NCBI GenBank assembly: GCA_963716555.1
Contig: CAVQTJ010000002.1
Location: 241,311-305,310, forward strand
Length of the DNA: 64,000 nucleotides
Reading direction: 5' to 3'
From: an uncultured bacterium
GTDB taxonomy: Bacteria; Chloroflexota; Dormibacteria; Aeolococcales; Aeolococcaceae
Shown here one piece after another: positions 1 through 9,538 of the stretch; position 1 is the stretch's first letter, and every line of letters begins with the position of its first letter. The translations under genes were made by a program, and so were the position numbers. Below the pieces are notes generated by a model. That model was not told the DNA's origin, made no database searches, and saw only the letters and a program-made list of their open reading frames with translations.

Positions 1-32
1 GGGGGCCGCCTGTCTGGCAGGATGAACCCACC

Positions 33-920
33 ATGCGCGTCGCCAAGCTCCTCGAGGAGCGCCGGCCCAACTTCAGCTTCGAGTTCTTCCCCCCGAAGGA
101 TGACGAGGGGGTGGCCTCGCTGTTCACCACCATCGCCCAGCTGCGCGAGCTGGACCCCGGCTTCGTCTCGGTCACCTACGGGGCGGGAGGGAGCATTCGC
201 GCCCGGACCGTGGAGCTGGTCGAGCGGATCCACCGCGAGCTGGAGATCACCCCGGTGGCTCACCTCACCTGCGTGGGGAGCAGCCGGGCCGAGCTTCACG
301 AGGTGCTGCGCCGGATCGTGGACAACGGGATCGAGAACGTGCTGGCCCTGCGCGGCGACCCGCCCCGCGGCGAGGGGGCTTTCACCCCCGCCCCCGACGG
401 TCTCGCCCATGGCTCCGAGCTGATCGAGCTGGTCACCGGGTCCTATGACCTCTGCGTGGGCGCCGCCTGCTACCCCGAGACCCATCTGGAGTTGCCGTCG
501 TTCGCCGACGAGCTGCGCTGGACCAGGGAGAAGATCGACCGCGGGGCCGCCTACCTGATCACCCAGCTCTGCTTCGACAACCAGGCGTACTTCGACTTCG
601 TGGGCGCCGCCCGCCGGGCGGGGGTGACGGTGCCGATCATCCCCGGGATCATGCCGATCACCAGCGTCAGCCAGCTCCACGGCTTCATCTCCAAACTCGG
701 GGTGAGTATCCCGGCGGACCTGACCACCGCCTTCGAGAGGCGCCACGACGACGCCGAGGCGGTGCTCCAGCTCGGCGTGGCATGGTCCACCCTGCAGTGC
801 TCGGAGCTGCTCAGCGCCGGCGCTCCGGGCATCCATTTCTACACCATGAACCGCTCGCCCGCGACCCGCGCAATCCTCTCCGCGCTACTCGCTGCGCGGC
901 CCTGGGAGCGCCGGAGGTAG
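33..920 (+). CDS. metF: 5,10-methylenetetrahydrofolate reductase
   Basis: 295-aa ORF with MTHFR-family motifs (FSFEFFPPK, VSVTYGAGG, AHLTCVG, LALRGDPP, PGIMPI). Confidence 0.9.
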   Translation: MRVAKLLEERRPNFSFEFFPPKDDEGVASLFTTIAQLRELDPGFVSVTYGAGGSIRARTVELVERIHRELEITPVAHLTCVGSSRAELHEVLRRIVDNGIENVLALRGDPPRGEGAFTPAPDGLAHGSELIELVTGSYDLCVGAACYPETHLELPSFADELRWTREKIDRGAAYLITQLCFDNQAYFDFVGAARRAGVTVPIIPGIMPITSVSQLHGFISKLGVSIPADLTTAFERRHDDAEAVLQLGVAWSTLQCSELLSAGAPGIHFYTMNRSPATRAILSALLAARPWERRR

Positions 921-1011
921 GGGTGAGGTTCGCACCAGCGAGACGGTTCGCCGCTGGAAGGACACCTGGGCCCCGCAGCGGTCTGACAGCGATGGGGTCA
1001 GCCTGATCGTG

Positions 1012-1119
1012 GTTCATACCGTATGCAGAGTTCATAGGGTATGCAGTCCTCATACGGTGTTCAGAGCTCACACGATATGCAGAGCTCGCACGGTATGCAG
1101 ACTACACACCTTCCTACCT
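1012..1119. repeat. 18-bp tandem repeat array, 5 good units plus 1 degenerate unit
   Basis: Units read directly: GTTCATACCGTATGCAGA / GTTCATAGGGTATGCAGT / CCTCATACGGTGTTCAGA / GCTCACACGATATGCAGA / GCTCGCACGGTATGCAGA / degenerate. They produce 6-aa periodicity in all overlapping ORFs. Confidence 0.85.
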
Positions 1120-1311
1120 TCATACCCCGTCGGCCGTGCCCACCCTCCCGGTCCTGCCCCCCGCATACCCTCCACGTCAGCGCGGGCGAATACGCGAATA
1201 CAGCCGTCTCCACGAAGAGGGTCCAGCTCGGGACCGAGGATCACATTGGCAGTGCCCACGCCTGTACGATTCCGAGCCCGCCCCGGGCCGATCCCCCCTC
1301 CGCCCCGCGGC

Positions 1312-2059
1312 TCACGCCAGCCCGTAGAGGACGGGCATGCTGACCATCCCATGCTCCCGCAGCTTGGCCAGCACCTCGGTGCGGAAGCTGGGCTTGGAGA
1401 ATTGGGTGAACACGAACCGCGGCAGGCTCATGTCCCAGCGGGCGTGGTTGACGAAGACGTAATCCGACGCCTCACCCTCCAGCGGCTGGAGCAGCATCGA
1501 ATTGTCCAGCCCGGTCTCCGCCGCATACCACGCGGCCATCTGCTCCCAGACCGGAAGGGCCGGCTCGACCTCATCGGCCACGAAGTGGTTGAAGAGGAAC
1601 AGACCATCGCGTGAAGCGTCGACGTCGGCGATGCGCCTCACATTGCGTGCCGCAAAGGCGGCGGTTCGCCGGCCACCGACCCTCAGAAGGTTGGCAAGCG
1701 TCGCCACCGGGTCAGACCGCATCGTCGCCTGCGCGGCTTGAGGACTGGTGGTCTCGATGAGGATGGCCAGGTCGAAGCGGGCATCCGGGACGGCTCTCCC
1801 GTCCGGTCGCGTCACCCTCTGGGCAGGCGCGAAACCTCGAGCCGTGAACACTCTGGCACCGACCACCTCGGGAAGGTCGTTCGCCTCCGAGACCAGTGCG
1901 CTTCGCCTGCTCGACGACGATGCGGCGATGCCGGCTGGACAGGATCGGACCCGGGCGTGAGGGTGCGGCGACGTCTGCGGCAAGATAGACAAAGCCGTGG
2001 TTGGAGGGGTCCACGAGCGGGGCCGGGGCATACCGATGATGCTTGCTATCCGACATCAT
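1312..2059 (-). CDS. Hypothetical protein, possibly frameshifted near 1890
   Basis: The 239-aa ORF has a protein-like C-terminal 170 aa. A plausible N-terminus (MMSDSKHHRYAPAPLVD..., ATG at 2059, abutting the upstream gene stop) lies in another frame. No family recognised. Confidence 0.4.
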
Positions 2060-2424
2060 CGTGACCCGACGCGGTCGGCGTCCAGGTGCCAGCGCACGAT
2101 GCAGAACCCGTGCTGGATGGCGAGCTCCAGGCGCGAATGGTCGTAGTGACCGGCAGGGTCCCTGGGGACGGCCACGAACCGGCCGACCATCGGCGTGGCG
2201 GCGGTCATGATCCCGAGGAGCTGCTCGACCGTCTCCGGATCCCGCACAAGCTCAGGCCGTGCCAGGTAATCACGGCCGCGCAGCCGGCGCCCGGGCGGCG
2301 TGGGAAACGGGAGCCCGAGGATCAGCCGCATCGGCACGTTGAGGACACGGAACGCACGGGCCTGGACGCGCCGGCCGAGCGGCCGCCTCGACCCCCTGGA
2401 GACGAGATGCGAATCAGTGGTCAT
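2056..2424 (-). CDS. Short deazaflavin/nitroreductase-like (DUF385-like) protein, possibly internally deleted
   Basis: N-terminus RVLNVPMRLILGLPFPTP and C-terminus RGRDYLARPELV...GFCIVRW resemble the family ends, but the central beta-barrel segment seems absent. Start taken at MTTDSHL. Confidence 0.35.
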   Translation of the reverse strand: MTTDSHLVSRGSRRPLGRRVQARAFRVLNVPMRLILGLPFPTPPGRRLRGRDYLARPELVRDPETVEQLLGIMTAATPMVGRFVAVPRDPAGHYDHSRLELAIQHGFCIVRWHLDADRVGSR

Positions 2425-2472
2425 GGCCTTCTCCTTGGACATCCATGCTCGTGGCTTCGTCCTTGCCATCGA

Positions 2473-4045
2473 TCACGCCGACGCCTTCGCAGAGGTGCGG
2501 TCGGTCGCCACCTCGCCACGTGCAGCAACGTGCCGGCCCGACGGGCTGGCGGCGTTGATCAGCGTTGCGGCGAGAACGGCCCCGACCAGCAGGATCCCGG
2601 CCCCCCATGCCGTGGCGGTGGAGTATCCCTGCACCAGCCCCGCCGAGGCGGCGGCGTGACCACGCGCCCCGTGGGTGGCGAGATAGGTGGCGGTGGCGGC
2701 CGCCGCGATGGTGTTGAGCAGTGCGGTGCCGATCGACGCGCCCACCTGCTGCGCGGCGCTGACGGTGGCGGCGGCCACTCCGGCGAGGCGCGGCTCGAAC
2801 TCCGAGGGTTGCGTTGCTGTACGCCGGGACCATCGCGCACGCTGTGCCCAGACCGAGAAGGGCTTCGGCGGGCAGCACGTTGATCAGGTAGTCGCTGCCC
2901 ACCGAGAGCTGGGTGAGCAGAGCCATCCCCGCGGCGGCCACCAGCAGCCCAGGGGCCACCAGGACGCGGGGCGCGACCATGGGCATCAGCCGCCGGGCGA
3001 CCAGCCACGAGCCCAGCTGGGAGGCCACCGTGATGGGCAGGAAGGCGAGCCCGGCCTGGAGTGGCGTGTACCCGAGGACGACCTGAAGGTAGTAGGTGAT
3101 GAACAGGAAGGCGCCGAACAGCCCGGCCATCGCCAGCAGCACCGCGAGGTAGGAGCCGCCACGGGTGCGGTCCAGCACCACCCGAAGCGGCAGCAGGGGG
3201 AACCGGGCCCGAGCCTGACGCAGCACAAAGGCGGCGAGCAGCACAAGACTCACGGCCAGCAGACCGAGCACCAGGGGGGAACCCCAGCCGTCGGAGACGG
3301 CCTGGGTGCAGCCGTAGACCAGGGCGACCAGACCTCCGGTGACCAGCAGCACCCCGGGGGTGTCGAAGCCCGCGCCGCGCCCCGGCGTCGCCGAACCACG
3401 GAACAGCCTCCAGGCTCCCACAGCCGCGACGACGGCCACCGGCGTGTTGACGTAGAGGCACCAGCGCCAGCTGAGGTACTGGGTCAGGGCGCCGCCGAGG
3501 AGCAGGCCGATGGCGGCCCCGCTGCCGGCGATGCCGCCGTAGACGGCGAAGGCGGTGGCCCGCTCGCGCGGCTCGGTGAAGGTCACCGCCAGGAGCGAAA
3601 GGGCGGTGGGGATGAGCAGGGCGGCGAGCGAACCCTGCACCGCCCGGGCTGCGATCAGCACCCCGAAGTCCGGGGCGGCCCCGCCGGCGGCCGAGGCGAG
3701 GGCGAATCCGGCCAGGCCGACGACGAAGACCCGGGTCCGACCGAAGCGGTCGGCAACGCGACCCCCGAGGAGCAGCAGGCCTCCGAAGGCCATGGTGTAG
3801 GCGGTGAGCACCCACTGCCGGTCAGGGGTGGAGAAGTGCAGCGACGCCTGCGCCGAGGGCAGGGCGATGCTGACGATGGTGACGTCGAGCGCCACCATCA
3901 GCTGGGCCAGGGCGATGAAACCCAGCGCCACCCATCGATTGGAGCTGGGGGCGGACCCCGGCTCCTCCCCCGCTGGCCGGCCCGGCTGCAACCTGGAGCC
4001 CGTCCCGCCCCCGCCTCTCGTCGGTCCTGTCACTCTGGCCGCCAT
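2473..4045 (-). pseudogene. MFS transporter, DHA2/EmrB-like (14-TMS type), frameshifted near 2797
   Basis: N-terminal 420 aa are in one frame (ALDVTIVSIALP, GRVADRFGR motifs). The last two TMS (VAAATVSAAQQVGASIGTALL...) are in another frame. A 1-nt insertion around 2797 joins them. Confidence 0.8.
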
Positions 4046-4133
4046 CTCCGCCGCCTCCTGTCTCTCCCCACTCCCCATCCGTCGCCGCCTAGCTTAGATG
4101 GCTAACTGTTAGATGTCAAACTCTTAGATATCG

Positions 4134-4676
4134 ATGCGATGGTGCTACTCTTGGCCCGTGCCCAGACCGACCTCGACCCCGATCGGGCTGCAGCTGAGCC
4201 GCTCCGCGCGAGTGGTGAGCCGGGCCTTCGACGAGGCTCTGGTCTCGGCCGGTGGGTCGCTGCCGGTGTGGCTCGTGCTTCTCAATCTCAAGATCGGGCG
4301 AGCCGCCAACCAGCGAGAGCTCGCCGAGGCGGTGGGGGTTCGCGAGCCCACCCTCACCCACCATCTCAATGCGATGGAGCGCCGGGGGCTGGTGGCTCGG
4401 CGGCGCGACCCCGCCAACCATCGGGTCCAGCTGGTCGAGCTGACCGAGGCGGGCGAGGCAGCCTTTCTCCAGCTCCTCGAGGCGACGACCGCCTTTGACC
4501 GCCGGCTTCGGGCCGGGATCAGCGACGCAGACCTTGCCGGCCTCGGAGGCCTCCTAGCTCAGCTCGCCGCCAACGTGGGGGACGCGGAGAACGGCGCGCC
4601 GCCCTGGCATGGCCTGATCGAGGGGCAGGCGGCACCGCCCCCCGATGGGGCGTCGCCGGGGCCGGCGGGGGGCTGA
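4134..4676 (+). CDS. MarR-family transcriptional regulator
   Basis: Winged-HTH region QRELAEAVGVREPTLTHHLNAMERRGLVARRRDPANHRVQLVELTEAG. Divergent from the MFS gene. Confidence 0.8.
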   Translation: MRWCYSWPVPRPTSTPIGLQLSRSARVVSRAFDEALVSAGGSLPVWLVLLNLKIGRAANQRELAEAVGVREPTLTHHLNAMERRGLVARRRDPANHRVQLVELTEAGEAAFLQLLEATTAFDRRLRAGISDADLAGLGGLLAQLAANVGDAENGAPPWHGLIEGQAAPPPDGASPGPAGG

Positions 4677-4683
4677 GGTGCGG

Positions 4684-5820
4684 TCAACGGAGGATGGCGG
4701 CGTAGGCCGCCTCGAGACGCTCGACACTGAACTCGGCGCGAGCCCGCGCAGCGGCGGACTCGCCGAGACGGGATCGCAGTTGTGGGTCGCTCACCAGGCG
4801 CACCAGAGCCGCGGTGAGGGCATCACCATCGCCCTTGGGCACCAGCAGGCCAGTCTCGCCGTCCACCACCACATCGGCAATCCCGCCGACCCGGCTGGCA
4901 ACGCTGGGAACACGGTGGTGTGCTGCCTCCACGTAGACCAGACCAAACGCCTCGGGCCAGATCGGCGCAAGAGCAAAGACATCGAGCGCCGCATAGAAAG
5001 AGGCGAGGTCGTGGAGATGGCCCAGGAAGACGGCCCGCGAACCCAGCCGGTCGCGAGCCAGCCGTTGGAGCTCCAGTTGCAGATGTCCCTCGCCGGCGAT
5101 GACCAGGCGCAGACGCTCGCCGGGGTCAGGGATTCGCGCGGTGGCCTCGATCAGATCGGCAATGCCTTTCTCGGGCGCCAGCCGGGCGGCGCAGCCGATC
5201 ACCACCGCGCCGTCTGACACCCCCAATCGGGCTCGCGCTTCTGACCGCGTGGGAAAGGAGGCGAGCGAGGGCACCGCATAGGGGATGCGAACGATCTTTC
5301 GCCTGGGAACCCCCGCGGCCATCAGCGAGGCGCGCACCGGGGCGGAGTGCACGACCATGCGATGAGAGAGCGCGCCGGCGAGCCTGGTGTGGCGCCGTTG
5401 AGGGGCGTCCCGGGGGCTCCACTCAACCACGCTGTGCACTTCGACGATGAGGCGGGCGCGCGGTGCGGCCGCTCGGATGGCGGCCAGGGCCTTGAGCAGG
5501 GGCTTGCCGCCGAAGTTGACCACGACACGGTCCGGGTGGCTCGTCCAGACCAAGCGTGCCAGCTCGGCCAGCTCTCGCCGGCCGTGCGGGGTCGCGCAGG
5601 AGCGCAGGGCGCGCGGCGTCTCGGCGGCGATCCCCTCTGTCGCGCACCAGGCGCGCACCCTCGCCGCCCGGTCAGGATCGGTGCCGGGAAAGACGCAGCG
5701 CACCTCCCAGCCGGCACCGGCCACCACCCTGCTCAGGGTGACCGCGTGACGCTGGGTGCCGCCGAAGCCGTCCACGGGTGTCAGGATCAGCACGCGCCGG
5801 GGTGTCGTCGGAGTTCTCAT
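4684..5820 (-). CDS. Glycosyltransferase, GT4 (GT-B) family
   Basis: 378 aa. C-terminal EAFGLVYVEAAHHRVPSVASRVGGIADVVVDGETGLLV is the typical GT4 E-x7-E region. Confidence 0.85.
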   Translation of the reverse strand: MRTPTTPRRVLILTPVDGFGGTQRHAVTLSRVVAGAGWEVRCVFPGTDPDRAARVRAWCATEGIAAETPRALRSCATPHGRRELAELARLVWTSHPDRVVVNFGGKPLLKALAAIRAAAPRARLIVEVHSVVEWSPRDAPQRRHTRLAGALSHRMVVHSAPVRASLMAAGVPRRKIVRIPYAVPSLASFPTRSEARARLGVSDGAVVIGCAARLAPEKGIADLIEATARIPDPGERLRLVIAGEGHLQLELQRLARDRLGSRAVFLGHLHDLASFYAALDVFALAPIWPEAFGLVYVEAAHHRVPSVASRVGGIADVVVDGETGLLVPKGDGDALTAALVRLVSDPQLRSRLGESAAARARAEFSVERLEAAYAAILR

Positions 5821-6097
5821 TCACCACCGTGGTCCACCCGCGTGAACGGCCCACCCCCAGCTCGACTCGGCCGGCGCAAGCCACTTCGAGGGTACCAAGC
5901 CGCCTCGCCGAGCTCTCATGGGAAGTCCGAGCCGCAGGATGGGAGGAACGCCCAACCGCCCTGGGCAGATGCATTCAGGCGCTGACCGCCGAGGCCGCCG
6001 GCGGTCTGAGCTGCGGTCAGGGGAGTATGGCTGCCGGCCGCCGAGGCCGGACAATCGCGCGGCCAGGCTCACCGGTGGTCAGCCCCCGCTCAATCCG

Positions 6098-7264
6098 TCA
6101 GTGGGCCGCGGGCGAGGGCGGCGGGAGCGTGAGCTGGGCCGGCGCCGTCGTCGGGGTCGGAGTCGGGGCAGCCGTGGGTGAGGCGACCGGGCGGGGAGTG
6201 GTGCTCGCCGCCGGGTGCGGGCTGCCTGGCGCCGTGGGAGCGGATCCCGGCGCCGTCGTCGATCCCTGGCCTGCGGGGAACGTGCCGCTGAGCGCGGCGG
6301 TCACCTGGGCGGGCAGACCGGGGGTGCCGCCGACCGCCGGCTCGGCCGGGTCGACCAGGTCCACGTAGCCGAAGCTCGGCCCGCGGCCGGGGTGGGTGGG
6401 GTTGGTGAAGTCGAGGTCGGCGTGGAGTGCGCTCAGGGCGGCGACCTCCCCGGGCACGGCGGCCACCTCGCCGGGGGTGACCAGATCGCCGAGGATCGCC
6501 TGCCACCCGGTCGAGCTCCAGATCGAGAGCTGTCCCGACGCCGCCCACTCGTAGGCCACGACCCGGACCCCGAGGGCGCTGGGGAAGGTGGTGGCGGCGG
6601 CCCCGAGGACCTCCATGAGCTGCGCCGTCACCGGGGTGCGCATGGCCGCCGGGCGGAGGTCGAGGAGGATGGGCACGTCTGAGAGCGCGGAGACCTCGGC
6701 CGGTGAGAGCCGCACGCTGGCCCCGTTGGCGGCAACCGCATATTCGCCATCCTGGCGCAGCACCCGGACCATCGGGGTCCGTTCGGTCACCGAGATGGCG
6801 ACGCCCCCGGGCAGCGACACATTGACTCCGACCAACTCCACCCAGGGGAGCGAGCGCACCCGCGAGGCGACGGCGGCCGAATCGAGCGTGAAGACGCTCG
6901 GCCGCCCGACCTCGGCGGCCGCCAGCACCTCGGCCGGAGTGAGCAGGCGGGTGCCGGACACGGTGACCGACGACACCCGGAAGACCGGCGCAACCAGGAG
7001 GAGCCCGAGCACTCCCAGCTCCGCAACCAGCACCAGCGCGGCCAGCAGGCGGCGACGATCGTGACGCTGCGGGCCGGCCTTCGGAGGCGGCGGGCCGCCA
7101 CGGCGGCGCCGGGCGGTGCGCCGGAGAGTGTCCGCCTCGCCAACCTCGAAGCGGCGCAGCGGGCGGCTGTCGGCGGCGACGGCGGAGGCAACCGCTCGCA
7201 GCCGGGCGCGGCGGCTGACATCGCGGTCCGGCGCAGTCGCCGGCCGCTGGGGCGCCTCGATCAT
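6098..7264 (-). CDS. ftsQ: Cell division protein FtsQ/DivIB with a Pro/Thr-rich C-terminal tail
   Basis: One TM followed by a POTRA-like segment (FRVSSVTVSGTRLLTPAEVLAAAEV...VSLPGGVAISVTERTP). Its ATG overlaps the ddl stop (ATGA). Confidence 0.8.
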   Translation of the reverse strand: MIEAPQRPATAPDRDVSRRARLRAVASAVAADSRPLRRFEVGEADTLRRTARRRRGGPPPPKAGPQRHDRRRLLAALVLVAELGVLGLLLVAPVFRVSSVTVSGTRLLTPAEVLAAAEVGRPSVFTLDSAAVASRVRSLPWVELVGVNVSLPGGVAISVTERTPMVRVLRQDGEYAVAANGASVRLSPAEVSALSDVPILLDLRPAAMRTPVTAQLMEVLGAAATTFPSALGVRVVAYEWAASGQLSIWSSTGWQAILGDLVTPGEVAAVPGEVAALSALHADLDFTNPTHPGRGPSFGYVDLVDPAEPAVGGTPGLPAQVTAALSGTFPAGQGSTTAPGSAPTAPGSPHPAASTTPRPVASPTAAPTPTPTTAPAQLTLPPPSPAAH

Positions 7265-8247
7265 CGGGGCGGACCCGGGCGCCGGGCCAGAGCGGCGTCG
7301 ACCAGCCGCTGGCAGAGCTCGGGGAACTCAACCCCATCGGCACGCGCCCCATCGGGAAGCAGGGAGAGCTCGGTCAGCCCGGGGATGGCGTTCACCTCGA
7401 GCACCCAGGGGAAGCCAGCGCCATCGACGATGACGTCCACCCGGGACATGTCCCGACACCCGAGGGCACGGTGGGCCCGCACCGCCACCTCCTGGCAGGC
7501 GAGGCGCTGGGCCTCGGGCAGGCGGGCGGGGATGATGTGCTGGCTCTGACCCGCGGTGTATTTCGCTGCATAGTCGTAGAGAGGACGTTGAGAGACGATC
7601 TCGAGGGTCGGCAGTGGTCGGGGGGGATTATCCCCCAGGATGCCCACCGTGACCTCTGTTCCGGCGACGAATCTTTCGCAGAGCACCTCACCGTGGACGG
7701 CCGCTTCCTGGTGGGCCGGGACCAGGCCGCCGGGGTCGCGGACGATGCTCAGCCCGATCGTCGATCCGCCGCGCCGGGGCTTGACCACGAGCGGGTAGCC
7801 CAGCTCTTCGGCGGCGGCACCCATGAGCCGGGGGATGGGGAGGGCCGTGGCCTCCGTGAGCTGGGAGATATGGACAGTCGCGTCCATAACCGCCGGCACC
7901 GTGGTCCATGCCGGGGTGCTCAGGCCGGCGCCAACGAAGAGCCGCTTGGCGACGACCTTGTCGAAGCACAGGGCGGTGGCCAGCAGATCGCTGCCGGTGT
8001 AGGGCAGCCCGAGCAGCTCGCACACCCCCTGGACGGTGCCGTCCTCGCCGAAGCGGCCGTGCACGGCGATGAACACACAGTCATAGCCCCCGACCTGGAG
8101 CGCCGGCCAGAGCTCCGCATCCACCTCGAGGACCGTGCAGCTGTGGCCCCGCGAACGCAACGCACCGCTCACCTGGGACGCAGACAGCCGCGAGACCTCG
8201 GCCTCCGGGCTCGGCCCAGCGCACACCACCGCGATCCGCAGGCTCAT
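7261..8247 (-). CDS. ddl: D-alanine--D-alanine ligase
   Basis: Starts MSLRIAVVCAGPSPEAEVS. Motifs VFIAVHGRFGEDGTVQGVCELLGLPYTGS and ATP-grasp C-terminus RVDVIVD...LEVNAIPGLT. The 5' extension of the 448-aa ORF runs through a repeat element and is rejected. Confidence 0.9.
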   Translation of the reverse strand: MSLRIAVVCAGPSPEAEVSRLSASQVSGALRSRGHSCTVLEVDAELWPALQVGGYDCVFIAVHGRFGEDGTVQGVCELLGLPYTGSDLLATALCFDKVVAKRLFVGAGLSTPAWTTVPAVMDATVHISQLTEATALPIPRLMGAAAEELGYPLVVKPRRGGSTIGLSIVRDPGGLVPAHQEAAVHGEVLCERFVAGTEVTVGILGDNPPRPLPTLEIVSQRPLYDYAAKYTAGQSQHIIPARLPEAQRLACQEVAVRAHRALGCRDMSRVDVIVDGAGFPWVLEVNAIPGLTELSLLPDGARADGVEFPELCQRLVDAALARRPGPPR

Positions 8248-8361
8248 GCGACGGTCACCGCGGGGCGGACGCGGCACATCCGCCCTCCGTTGGCGACGTT
8301 CATCAGCTGTGGTCGGTGGGCTGCGACCATCGGAAGAGGGCGGACGGGCCCGGCGCTCTTC

Positions 8362-8540
8362 GGGGGGACCGGCATAGGACGGCTTTGCCGTCCGCGCCTC
8401 GTGCTCGGCGGCCTGTCGAGATGCGAGCCGAGTGGCGGACGGATGGGGCACCCCGTCGTAGGGGGGCTTGCACAGGCGCGGGCTGCAACCGCGCCGAGCA
8501 CGAGCGGCCGACGCCAACGGCGTCGGACCGCGGTCCCCCC
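8362..8540. repeat. Palindromic intergenic element: two inverted copies of a roughly 100-nt repeat
   Basis: Bounded by GGGGGGACCG...CGGTCCCCCC. The right arm shares an identical 46-nt core (GCTCGTGCTCGGCGCGGTTGCAGCCCGCGCCTGTGCAAGCCCCCCT, reverse complement) with 14338-14436. Confidence 0.85.
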
Positions 8541-8581
8541 AGAGACGGGGTGCCCCGTCCGCCCACCCTGCACGCCGGGCA

Positions 8582-9538
8582 TCATGCAGCCCTCCGACCC
8601 GGCTCACCGAGGATGGCGATCTCGGGGATCAGGTGCACCCCGAACCGCTCGGCCACGGTCCGCTGGATGAGGTCGCACAGCGCCATGACGTCGGCGGCGG
8701 TGGCGCTGCCGGTGTTCACCACGAAGTTGGCGTGGATCAGCGAGACCTCGGCGCCGCCCACCCTGGCGCCCTTGAGGCCGGCCATCTCGATGAGCCGGCC
8801 GGCGTGGTCCCCCGGGGGGTTGGTGAACATGCTGCCCAGGCTGCGCGCGTTGTACGGCTGGGTGGCGCGGCGCTCCGCCTGGATGGCGTCGGTCAGGGCC
8901 CGCACCGTCCCCGGGTCTTCGCGGCGCACCCGGAAGCGGGCGGTGGTGACCACCTGGCCGGCGAGGTCGCGCTTGAGCCGGGAGTCGCGGTAGTGGAAAT
9001 CCAGCTCCGCCCGGATCAGGTGGCCCGCAGACCCGTCCTGGGTCACCACGTCGCAGTCGATCAGCACATCCTTGATCTCGGACCCGAAGGCCCCGGCATT
9101 GCCGCGCACCGAGGCGCCGCAGGTACCCGGGACGCCGATGCCGAACTCCAGCCCGCCGATCCCCCGCCGGGCGCAGTCCAGCGCCGCGCGGGGCATCATC
9201 GCCCCGCCGGACAGCTCCACCACGTCGTCGGTCAGCTCGCGCAGCCGGCCCCGGGGCAGCTCGACCACCAGGCCGCGGATACCGCCATCGAGCACCAGGC
9301 TGTTGCTGCCCGCCCCCACCACGGTCACCCCGACCCCCTCCTGGTGGCAGCGGCGCATCAACGCGGGAAGGCGGGCCACGTCATCCAGCCGGAGGTACCA
9401 GTCCGCCGGGCCACCGATGCCGTACTGGCTGTGGCGCGAGAGCGGCTCGTCGCGCAGCATCCCCGGGATCTCGGTCAGCCAGCCGTGATCGCCGCCCTCC
9501 GCCGCGGCGCGGCCGGCGGCGCGGTCACCCGCCGGCAT
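8582..9538 (-). CDS. murB: UDP-N-acetylenolpyruvoylglucosamine reductase
   Basis: FAD-binding region YGIGGPADWYL...VTVVGAGSNSLVLDGGIRG and C-terminal SLGSMFTNP / GGAEVSLIHANFVVN motifs. Confidence 0.9.
   Translation of the reverse strand: MPAGDRAAGRAAAEGGDHGWLTEIPGMLRDEPLSRHSQYGIGGPADWYLRLDDVARLPALMRRCHQEGVGVTVVGAGSNSLVLDGGIRGLVVELPRGRLRELTDDVVELSGGAMMPRAALDCARRGIGGLEFGIGVPGTCGASVRGNAGAFGSEIKDVLIDCDVVTQDGSAGHLIRAELDFHYRDSRLKRDLAGQVVTTARFRVRREDPGTVRALTDAIQAERRATQPYNARSLGSMFTNPPGDHAGRLIEMAGLKGARVGGAEVSLIHANFVVNTGSATAADVMALCDLIQRTVAERFGVHLIPEIAILGEPGRRAA

Noticed and set aside
1012-1119. Possible CRISPR array
   Set aside because: The units are directly adjacent with no spacers, only 18 bp long and degenerate. 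No cas genes are in the window.
7261-8607. Long 448-aa version of ddl (and the similarly extended murB, murC and RR ORFs)
   Set aside because: The N-terminal extensions are Arg/Pro-rich, cross repeat elements or upstream genes, and precede an internal start that matches family N-termini.
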